64,000 nucleotides of DNA from Monocercomonoides exilis PA203 (Eukaryota > Protista > Preaxostyla): the NCBI GenBank assembly GCA_001643675.2, contig LSRY02000024.1, positions 1 to 64,000 of the forward strand, given 5' to 3'. The stretch's first letter is position 1. Every line of letters begins with the position of its first letter. The notes below the pieces were generated by a model that saw only the letters and a program-made list of their open reading frames with translations, was not told the origin of the DNA and searched no databases. Both the position numbers and the translations under genes were made by a program. Positions 1 through 11,226 of this stretch are shown piece after piece.

Positions 1-116
1 AGCCTAACCTAACCTAACCTAACCTAACCTAACCTAACCCTAACCTAACCTAACCTAACCTAACCTAACCTAACCTAACCTAACCCTAACCTAACCTAAC
101 CTAACCTAACCCTAAC
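1..116 (+). repeat. Telomere, C-rich strand (CCTAA with occasional CCCTAA): left chromosome end
   Basis: Window starts with tandem CCTAA/CCCTAA. C-strand orientation is as expected at a 5' chromosome end. The internal tract at 15327 is pure CCCTAA. Confidence 0.95.
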
Positions 117-3100
117 CAGGAGCTATCAACACAAATTTAACCTTTTTATCGAAAAGAAAAACACACTCTATTTGGTGTTGAGTGATATTTCGGGTGAGAG
201 GGCCCTCAGAGAGAAAAGACCTTCTCAGCCGAAATAAACCACAAACTTACTCAAAACATGCAGAGTGTGTGTGAATGGGGAGAGAGTGATAGGACAGCGT
301 TGCAAGGCGCTCCCCACTCTCTCCGAGCCGGAAAGAACGCGCTGCGCGCTGCCTAGGCTCTTTTCAGTCATTTCACAAATAACCGAATTTTTCATATTAT
401 TTTTGCGGGGCGGGGAGGGCGCGGTGAGTGGTGTGGCCTGCTGTGCAGGCCACAGGAGCCAGGGAGCTATCAACACAAATTTTGTAATTTTATCGAAAAG
501 AAAAACACTCTATTTGGTGTTGAGTGATATTTCGGGTGAGAGGGCCCTTTCAGAGAGAAAAGACCTTCTCAGCCGAAATAAACACAAAACACACTCAAAA
601 CACATGCAGAGTGTGTGTGAATGGGGAGAGAGTGATAGGACAGCGTTGCAAGGCGCTTCCACTCTCTCCGAGCCGGAAGGAACGCTGCGCGCTGCCCTAG
701 GCTCTTTTCAGTCATTTCACTGAAATAACCGAATTTTTCATATTATTTTTGCGGGCGGGGAGGGCGCGGTGAGTGGTGTGGCCTGCTGTGCAGGCCACAG
801 GAGCCAGGAGCTATCAACACAAATTTTGTAATTTTTATCGAAAAGAAACACACTCTATTTGGTGTTGAGTGATATTTCGGGTGAGAGGGCCCTTTCAGAG
901 AGAAAGACCTTCTCAGCCGAAATAAACACAAAACTTACACTCAAAACACATGCAGAGTGTGTGTGAATGGGGAGAGAGTGATAGGACAGCGTTGCAAGGC
1001 GCTCCCCACTCTCCGAGCCGGAAGGAACGCGCTGCGCGCTGCCCTAGGCTCTTTTCAGTCATTTCACTGAAATAACCGAATTTTCATATTATTTTTTGCG
1101 GGGCGGGGAGGGCGCGGTGAGTGGTGTGGCCTGCTGTGCAGGCCACAGGAGCCAGGAGCTATCAACACAAATTTTGTAATTTTTATCGAAAAGAAAAACA
1201 CACTCTATTTGGTGTTGAGTGATATTTCGGGTGAGAGGGCCCTTTCAGAGAGAAAAGACCTTCTCAGCCGAAATAAACACAAAACTTACACTCAAAACAC
1301 ATGCAGAGTGTGTGTGAATGGGGAGAGAGTGATAGGACAGCGTTGCAAGGCGCTCCCCACTCTCTCCGAGCCGGAAGGAACGCTGCGCGCTGCCCTAGGC
1401 TCTTTTCAGTCATTTCACTGAAATAACCGAATTTTCATATTATTTTTTGCGGGGCGGGGAGGGCGCGGTGAGTGGTGTGGCCTGCTGTGCAGGCCACAGG
1501 AGCCAAGGAGCTATCAACACAAATTTTGTAATTTTTATCGAAAAGAAAAACACACTCTATTTGGTGTTGAGTGATATTTCAGGTGAGAGGGCCCTTTCAG
1601 AGAGAAAGACCTTCTCAGCCGAAATAAACACAAAACTTACACTCCCAAAACACATGCAGAGTGTGTGTGAATGGGGGAGAGAGTGATAGGACAGCGTTGC
1701 AAGGCGCTCCCCACTCTCTCCGAGCCGGAAGAACGCTGCGCGCTGCCCTAGGCTCTTTTCAGTCATTTCACTGAAATAACCGAATTTTTCATATTATTTT
1801 TTGCGGGGCGGGGAGGGGCGCGGTGGTGTGGCCTGCTGTGCAGGCCACAGGAGCTCAGGGAGCTATCAACACAAATTTTGTAATTTTTATCGAAAAGAAA
1901 AACACACTCTATTTGGTGTTGAGTGATATTTCGGGTGAGAGGGCCCTTTCAGAGAGAAAAGACCTTCTCAGCCGAAATAAACACAAAACTTACACTCAAA
2001 ACACATGCAGAGTGTGTGTGAATGGGGGAGAGAGTGATAGGACAGCGTTGCAAGGCGCTCCCCACTCTCTCCGAGCCGGAAGGAACGCGCTGCGCTGCCC
2101 TAGGCTCTTTCAGTCATTTCACTGAAATAACCGAATTTTTCATATTATTTTTTGCGGGGCGGGGAGGGCGCGGTGAGTGGTGTGGCCTGCTGTGCAGGCC
2201 ACAGGAGCCAGGAGCTATCAACACAAATTTTGTAATTTTTATCGAAAAGAAAAACACACTCTATTTGGTGTTGAGTGATATTTCGGGTGAGAGGGCCCTT
2301 TCAGAGAGAAAAGACCTTCTCAGCCGAAATAAACACAAAACTTACACTCAAAACACATGCAGAGTGTGTGTGAATGGGGAGAGAGTGATAGGACAGCGTT
2401 GCAAGGCGCTCCACTCTCTCCGAGCCGGAAGGAACGCGCTGCGCGCTGCCCTAGGCTCTTTTCAGTCATTTCACTGAAATAACCGAATTTTTCATATTAT
2501 TTTTTGCGGGGCGGGAGGGCGCGGTGAGTGGTGTGGCCTGGCTGTGCAGCCACAGGAGCCAGGGAGCTATCAACACAAATTTTGTAATTTTTATCGAAAA
2601 GAAAAACACACTATTTGGTGTTGAGTGATATTTCGGGTGAGAGGGCCCTTTCAGAGAAAAAGACCTTCTCAGCCGAAATAAACACAAACTTACACTCAAA
2701 ACACATGCAGAGTGTGTGAATGGGGGAGAGTGATAGGACAGCGTTGCAAGGCGCTCCCCACTCTCTCCGAGCCGGAAGGAACGCTGCGCGCTGCCCTAGG
2801 CTCTTTTCAGTCATTTCACTGAAATAACCGAATTTTTCATATTATTTTTTTTGCGGGGCGGGGAGGGCGCGGTGAGTGGTGTGGCCTGCTGTGCAGGCCA
2901 CAGGAGCCAGGGAGCTATCAACACAAATTTTGTAATTTTTATCGAAAAAGAAAAACACACTCTATTTGGTGTTGAGTGATATTTCGGGTGAGGGCCCTTT
3001 CAGAGAGAAAAGACCTCTCAGCCGAAATAAACACAAAACTTACACTCAAAAACACATGCAGAGTGTGTGTGAATGGGGGAGAGAGTGATAGGACAGCGTT

Positions 3101-6100
3101 GCAAGGCGCTCCCCACTCTCCGAGCCGGAAGGAACGCGCGCTGCCCTAGGCTCTTTTCAGTCATTTCACTGAAATAACCGAATTTTTCATATTATTTTTT
3201 GCGGGGCGGGGAGGGCGCGGAGTGGTGTGGCCTGCTGTGCAGGCCACAGGAGCCAGGAGCTATCAACACAAATTTTGTAATTTTTATCGAAAAGAAAAAC
3301 ACACTCTATTTGGTGTTGAGTGATATTTCGGGTGAGAGGGCCCTTTCAGAGAGAAAAGACCTTCTCAGCCGAAATAAACACAAAACTTACACTCAAAAAC
3401 ACATGCAGAGTGTGTGTGAATGGGGAGAGAGTGATAGGACAGCGTTGCAAGGCGCTCCCCACTCTCTCCGAGCCGAAGAACGCGCTGCGCCCTAGGCTCT
3501 TTCAGTCATTTCACTGAAATAACCGAATTTTTCATATTATTTTTTTTGCGGGGCGGGGAGGGCGCGGTGAGTGGTGTGGCCTGCTGTGCAGGCCACAGGA
3601 GCCAGGAGCTATCAACACAAATTTTGTAATTTTTATCGAAAAGAAAAACACACTCTATTTGGTGTTGAGTGATATTTCGGGTGAGAGGGCCCTTTCAGAG
3701 AAAAGACCTTCTCAGCCGAAATAAACACAAAACTTACACTCAAAACACATGCAGAGTGTGTGTGAATGGGGAGAGAGTGATAGGACAGCGTTGCAAGGCG
3801 CTCCCCACTCTCTCCGAGCCGGAAGGAACGCGCTGCGCTGCCGGCTCTTTCAGTCATTTCACTGAAATAACCGAATTTTTCATATTATTTTTTGCGGGGC
3901 GGGGAGGGCGCGGTGAGTGTGGTGTGGCCTGCTGTGCAGGCCACAGGAGCCAGGAGCTATCAACACAAATTTTGTAATTTTTATCGAAAAGAAAAACACA
4001 CTCTATTTGGTGTTGAGTGATATTTCGGGTGAGAGGGCCCTTTCAGAGAGAAAGACCTTCTCAGCCGAAATAAACACAAAACTTACACTCCAAAACACAT
4101 GCAGAGTGTGTGTGAATGGGGAGAGAGTGATAGGACAGCGTTGCAAGGCGCTCCCCACTCTCTCCGAGCCGGAAGGAACGCGCTGCGCGCTGCCCTAGGC
4201 TCTTTTCAGTCATTTCACTGAAATAACCGAATTTTTCATATTATTTTTTTTGCGGGGCGGGAGGGCGCGGTGAGTGGTGTGGCCTGCTGTGCAGGCCACA
4301 GGAGCCAGGGAGCTATCAACACAAATTTTGTAATTTTTATCGAAAAAGAAAAACACACTCTATTTGGTGTTGAGTGATATTTCGGGTGAGAGGGCCCTTT
4401 CAGAGAGAAAGACCTTCTCAGCCGAAATAAACACAAAACTTACACCCAAAACACATGCAGAGTGTGTGTGAATGGGGAGAGAGTGATAGGACAGCGTTGC
4501 AAGGCGCTCCCCACTCTCTCCGAGCCGGAAGGAACGCGCTGCGCGCTGCCCTAGGCTCTTTTCAGTCATTTCACTGAAATAACCGAATTTTTCATATTAT
4601 TTTTGCGGGGCGGGGAGGGCGCGGTGAGTGGTGTGGCCTGCTGTGCAGGCCACAGGAGCCAGGGAGCTATCAACACAAATTTTGTAATTTTTATCGAAAA
4701 GAAAAACACACTCTATTTGGTGTTGAGTGATATTTCGGGTGAGAGGGCCCTTCAGAGAGAAAAGACCTTCTCAGCCGAAATAAACACAAAACTTACACTC
4801 AAAACACATGCAGAGTGTGTGTGAATGGGGGAGAGAGTGATAGGACAGCGTTGCAAGGCGCTCCCCACTCTCTCCGAGCCGGAAGGAACGCGCTGCGCGC
4901 TGCCCTAGGCTCAGTCATTTCACTGAAATAACCGAATTTTTCATATTATTTTTTGCGGGGCGGGGAGGGCGGGAGTGGTGTGGCCTGCTGTGCAGGCCAC
5001 AGGAGCCAGGGAGCTATCAACACAAATTTTGTAATTTTTATCGAAAAGAAAAACACACTCTATTTGGTGTTGAGTGATATTTCGGGTGAGAGGGCCCTTT
5101 CAGAGAGAAAAGACCTTCTCAGCCGAAATAAACACAAAACTTACACTCAAAACACATGCAGAGTGTGTGTGAATGGGGGAGAGAGTGATAGGACAGCGTT
5201 GCAAGGCGCTCCCCACTCTCTCCGAGCCGGAAGGAACGCGCTGCGCGCTGCCCTAGGCTCTTTTCAGTCATTTCACTGAAATAACCGAATTTTTCATATT
5301 ATTTTTGCGGGGCGGGGAGGGCGCGGTGAGTGGTGTGGCCTGCTGTGCAGGCCACAGGAGCCAGGGAGCTATCAACACAAATTTTGTAATTTTTATCGAA
5401 AAAGAAAAACACACTCTATTTGGTGTTGAGTGATATTTCGGGTGAGAGGGCCCTTTCAGAGAGAAAAGACCTTCTCAGCCGAAATAAACACAAAACTTAC
5501 ACTCAAAACACATGCAGAGTGTGTGTGAATGGGGGAGAGAGTGATAGGACAGCGTTGCAAGGCGCTCCCCACTCTCTCCGAGCCGGAAGGAACGCGCTGC
5601 GCGCTGCCCTAGGCTCTTTTCAGTCATTTCACTGAAATAACCGAATTTTTCATATTATTTTTGCGGGGCGGGGAGGGCGCGGTGAGTGGTGTGGCCTGCT
5701 GTGCAGGCCACAGGAGCCAGGGAGCTATCAACACAAATTTTGTAATTTTTATCGAAAAAGAAAAACACACTCTATTTGGTGTTGAGTGATATTTCGGGTG
5801 AGAGGGCCCTTTCAGAGAGAAAAGACCTTCTCAGCCGAAATAAACACAAAACTTACACTCAAAACACATGCAGAGTGTGTGTGAATGGGGAGAGAGTGAT
5901 AGGACAGCGTTGCAAGGCGCTCCCCACTCTCTCCGAGCCGGAAGGAACGCGCTGCGCGCTGCCCTAGGCTCTTTTCAGTCATTTCACTGAAATAACCGAA
6001 TTTTTCATTATTTTTTGCGGGGCGGGGAGGGCGCGGTGAGTGGTGTGGCCTGCTGTGCAGGCCACAGGAGCCAGGGAGCTATCAACACAAATTTTGTAAT

Positions 6101-7720
6101 TTTTATCGAAAAAGAAAAACACACTCTATTTGGTGTTGAGTGATATTTCGGGTGAGAGGCCCTTTCAGAGAGAAAAGACCTTCTCAGCCGAAATAAACAC
6201 AAAACTTACACTCAAAACACATGCAGAGTGTGTGTGAATGGGGAGAGAGTGATAGGACAGCGTTGCAAGGCGCTCCCCACTCTCTCCGAGCCGGAAGGAA
6301 CGCGCTGCGCGCTGCCCTAGGCTCTTTTCAGTCATTTCACTGAAATAACCGAATTTTTCATATTATTTTTTGCGGGGCGGGGAGGGCGCGGTGAGTGGTG
6401 TGGCCTGCTGTGCAGGCCACAGGAGCCAGGGAGCTATCAACACAAATTTTGTAATTTTTATCGAAAAAGAAAAACACACTCTATTTGGTGTTGAGTGATA
6501 TTTCGGGTGAGAGGGCCCTTTCAGAGAGAAAAGACCTTCTCAGCCGAAATAAACACAAAACTTACACTCAAAACACATGCAGAGTGTGTGTGAATGGGGG
6601 AGAGAGTGATAGGACAGCGTTGCAAGGCGCTCCCACTCTCTCCGAGCCCGAAGGAACGCGCTGCGCGCTGCCCTAGGCTCTTTTCAGTCATTTCACTGAA
6701 ATAACCGAATTTTTCATATTATTTTTGCGGGGCGGGGAGGGCGCGGTGAGTGGTGTGGCCTGCTGTGCAGGCCACAGGAGCCAGGAGCTATCAACACAAA
6801 TTTTGTAATTTTTATCGAAAAAGAAAAACACACTCTATTTGGTGTTGAGTGATATTTCGGGTGAGAGGGCCCTTTCAGAGAGAAAAGACCTTCTCAGCCG
6901 AAATAAACACAAAACTTACACTCAAAACACATGCAGAGTGTGTGTGAATGGGGGGAGAGAGTGATAGGACAGCGTTGCAAGGCGCTCCCCACTCTCTCCG
7001 AGAGCCGAAGGAACGCTGCGCGCTGCCCTAGGCTCTTTTCAGTCATTTCACTGAAATAACCGAATTTTTCATATTATTTTTTGCGGGGCGGGGAGGGCGC
7101 GGTGAGTGGTGTGGCCTGCTGTGCAGGCCACAGGAGCCAGGGAGCTATCAACACAAATTTTGTAATTTTTATCGAAAAAGAAAAACACACTCTATTTGGT
7201 GTTGAGTGATATTTCGGGTGAGAGGGCCCTTTCAGAGAGAAAAGACCTTCTCAGCCGAAATAAACACAAAACTTACACTCAAAACACATGCAGAGTGTGT
7301 GTGAATGGGAGAGAGTGATAGGACAGCGTTGCAAGGCGCTCCCCTACCCTCTCCGAGCCGGAACCCGAACGCTGCGCGCTGCCCTAGGCTCTTTTCAGTC
7401 ATTTCACTGAAATAACCGAATTTTTCATATTATTTTTTTTTGCGGGGCGGGGAGGGCGCGGTGAGTGGTGTGGCCTGCTGTGCAGGCCACAGGAGCCAGG
7501 GAGCTATCAACACAAATTTTGTAATTTTTATCGAAAAAGAAAAACACACTCTATTTGGTGTTGAGTGATATTTCGGGTGAGAGGGCCCTTTCAGAGAGAA
7601 AAGACCTTCTCAGCCGAAATAAACACAAAACTTACACTCAAAACACATGCAGAGTGTGTGTGAATGGGGGAGAGAGTGATAGGACAGCGTTGCAAGGCGC
7701 TCCCCACTCTCTCCGAGCCG
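117..7720. repeat. Subtelomeric tandem array, ~355-bp unit, ~21.6 copies, rich in inverted repeats
   Basis: The anchor 'agctatcaacacaaatt' recurs 22 times (121, 466, 809 ... 7143, 7502) at about 343-359 bp spacing. Copies differ almost only by homopolymer or dinucleotide indels. Confidence 0.98.
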
Positions 7721-7810
7721 AAGTCACGTCGCTTCGCACAAAATGCTCGCTTCGCTCGCATTTCGTGCTCGCTCCTTAGACTTTTGCTCGTCGAGCTTAG
7801 GGGAGCGCTA
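7721..7810. other. GC-rich hairpin cluster at the proximal boundary of the array
   Basis: Nested stems gcac-aaatgc/gcattt-gtgc, gctcctta/taggggagc and gctc-gtc-gagc. GCTTCGC (GCGAAGC on the minus strand) at 7731 and 7749. Abrupt switch to AT-rich sequence afterwards. Confidence 0.75.
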
Positions 7811-7949
7811 TTAGTTTCAATTTTTAATTTTTTGATTTATATTTTTTTAAATTTTTATTTTTAAAATTATATTTTTTTAAAAATATTTTTTCATAAAAAT
7901 TATCAAAAATCCCTTAATTGTTTTTTATAATATTTATTGATGTTTTTTT

Positions 7950-10900
7950 CATTCATTCTTTAGCAAACAATCACACTCATGTGAATATTCATTAAACACA
8001 GTCACTATCTTTCACTGAACGTTTGCAACGTTGTAAATAATCGTATGCTTTTCTTCTTTCTCTTTGGATGTCATAATTATTCAAAATCTGTTTAGCTGTT
8101 CATTCCGAAATTGTTATGACACAACAGATGAATATTAATGTGCACTAATGTTTAACAATAGACAGCAAACATTGTCCTTTCTGTTTCTTCCTTTCTCCGT
8201 CTTCCGTAAATGCTTCTTCTTTTATATTTCCTCGAACAAAATGCCTTTGATCTTCAATGTTTGTTTGCTTTAGCAATTATCATTGCATTTCACAGCTGCA
8301 TAATTCTTTTCCAAATGAATGTACTTTTTCATTTTGCTTTCATAACTGAAAAATGCTTTAAATACAATTCTATTTTTTTCATACGCTTTTCTTAATTACA
8401 ATTTTGATCATCAAATTAAAATGAATCAACACTTCGAAACAAATGTTGAATGCAAACCATTCCTAGTCATATTGAAACTATCGGTTCGAGTGACATAAAA
8501 ATAAAATCAATCATAACAATATTTTCAATGAATTGTTTTCCAATTTGTACAAACTTTTAATTCAAAATAATAATTCCTTAAAATATGGCTAACATTCATT
8601 TCGCTCATATGTATAAATTTGCTTATTATAATCAAACATTCAGCTCATCTTTCATTAACATTTTCGATATCATTCAAGGTCCCGTATATGACCAAACAAA
8701 TTCGAATAAATGGTTCAAAACAAAATAAAATGCTCATTCTTTTAATAAAATTTATTTTTTTTCCAAAATGTTTACCAAATAAAGTGAAATCAATTTCCTT
8801 CACAACTTTAATATGTTTTCACATAAAAATTGCGTCATGAAAATAATCACATTTGAAATTAAACAAAAAACTTCAAACCTTTCCTTTATTCTTCAACAGT
8901 TTTATCATAGACTTCTTTCTGTTCAATTGCTAAATCCTCTTTGCTGCGAAAAGCTAATCTCCTCCATTTTCATCGAACAATTTTTGAAAATTATTCAACT
9001 TTTTCATCACTTAACGAAAAGCTGCAACACGTTCTCCATTTCTTAGATATTTCCATCAATAATCCATCAAAAAAATTGATCTGTTCAAAAGTCAATCTCC
9101 GTTTATTAGTTTTAAAGTTTCAGTTTTTTCCTCATTGAAATCATTGCAATTTTATTTCTTCCTTTATTCATGCTTCTTCCAATAAATAAGTTTGATTCAT
9201 ATTGTCTAATTCTTCATTTGTTTAATATGTTATTTCATTCCACAATATCGATGCACATTACATCCTTGTAAAGGATTATTATTGTTGTTTAATAATCAAA
9301 GCTTATTTCATTATATGGAAGAAAACAAAATAAAAAATCATCATCATTTATGAAACAACAGAAATAAAATCCATTCAAACTCCTGCTAACAATAAATAAA
9401 TCTTCTTCTGTTCGACAAAAAATGAATTTCTAATAGCTTTCGATTCATAGAGAAGAAATCATCAAATTGATACAAAGTTCAAAAGAATATTTTCGAATTT
9501 GAAAACTAATTAATAAGGAAAATTAGAGATATCAGAATAGATGATATTTTGTTGAGATTTTTTCATTCAAAGATAAAATAGACGTTTTTTTTATGATTTA
9601 TAAGAAATAAAAACAAAACTTCAATTGAAAGAATTAAGCACACTATTCACTTTCATGATTTGAAACAGCAAACAATTTTCAAGAGGAAATTGTTGTTTAG
9701 GATAAAACTTTCTTTCTTCAAGCGATCATATCCATTATTCAACGTTGAATTCAATTATTTCTATCTTGTTGGTTGCCAAAATTTTTCGAGTTCAAAAAGG
9801 AACCTCTTCCACTCTGATCAAAAATTAGCATCCATTTTCTCTTTTTCTGTGAATGTTATAAGTGGATCATGAACAAATTCAGGATTTTTCAAATTGTTCG
9901 TTTATTTACCAAACAAATAGAGTTCTTCTATTTTACAAAGGAAATAAATGATAGTCAATGAGTGCTTCACCAGCATTTAGATGTTTTATTTTTTTCATTT
10001 CACGTTTGGCACTACAAATCGCGGTGTTTAATGATTATGAAGAATTCAATCCTTTCACTTTTCCTTTCAATTTCTATTTGTGAGATTCTGATCATCGTAA
10101 GAAAATTGCCACAATGTAATAAGAATAAACAAATGAATGAAAACAATTTATGAAATCTTTTCAATTTGTTGAATCTTTCACAGCTAAAGATTGCCATATG
10201 TTTCAATGAATGCGTGGATTTATCATTTGCATCATTGAACCCAAGACTTTCCAATCACCTTTTTTTTGCAAGCTTTGATTGAACATGTCAAATTTCCTTG
10301 TTTTCAATGTTATTTATTGAAATTTTGATTCACGTTATCCAATTAAGATAAATATCCATTTATTCCTTTTTATTTGTAATTTTCATGTTGAAGTTATTTC
10401 TATATTAATAAAAATAAGGAAATTGACTATGAAATACTATTTTTTCCAAATAAAAAACTCCATTCCTTCTTATATGAACTTTTTCCAATTGCAGAAAATT
10501 CCTATAAAAGTTCTTGATTAAATCTGAATTTCTGAGTCATACAAATTTTGGTGATGTTAACAAACATTATGCATCATCGGTCATGCAATGTTCATCGTTG
10601 TCAAATTCACTTGAAGGCATATGGCACACGTGTTGTTTTCTTTAATCTGAATTTTTTTCTGAGCGCAATGTTCATTCATCTGATCACTTCATTTTTTCTG
10701 TTGCACCTCTTTCGTCATTCACAATCAACCCAGTTTTGTTTTCCTCCATTATTCTTTTCATCATACATTATCATTCGCATTTTTTGCTGTTGAAAGAATC
10801 AGTTGGGCAGCTCTGAAGATTTTTCTGTTTTGTAAATGTTTCATAATTCGAATGTGCTTTCAAGGAATTTAAATCTTCATTCGTTTCAAAGAAAAGGTTT

Positions 10901-11200
10901 GAATGATATCATTTGTTAATTATCTCACAAACAAAGCATTTTTAACCTCTTCATTGTCATTATCAAACGTTTTTCAAATTTGAAACTGACATTTTTAATT
11001 GCAATCTTCCAGATTAAATTCATGTTTGAAAAGAACAATTCAAATTTTCAAAAACGTGAGCTGATTGTTGAAGTTTGTGAACTGAGCAACGTAGAAAATT
11101 TATGGATTTTTTTCAGTTCGAATGAAATGAGAATCAAGAATCATACTGTGAATTTGCTAGATTATTCAAACGTTTCATTTGATCATGATTGTAATCCCTA
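7950..11200 (-). pseudogene. Decayed coding sequence(s), including a possible RING-finger remnant
   Basis: Minus strand is purine/GAA-rich like coding DNA but has many stops. About 10556-10640 translates as ENNTCAICLQVNLTTMNIA*PMMHNVC (C-x2-C...P-x2-H-x2-C). Confidence 0.35.
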
Positions 11201-11226
11201 ACAGTTTGCTTTTTTTTCTTTTTCCT

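Noticed and set aside
117-7720. Array as CRISPR, 5S/tRNA/SRP RNA, telomerase RNA, or hammerhead/HDV ribozyme
   Set aside because: No unique spacers, no telomeric template in the unit, no CUGANGA core. The ccggaaggaa and gaatgggg resemblances to SRP and HDV lack the required flanking elements.
225-7864. Many short ORFs in the tandem array
   Set aside because: They are repeated translations of the same unit, use non-ATG starts and shift frame between copies. No evidence of coding.
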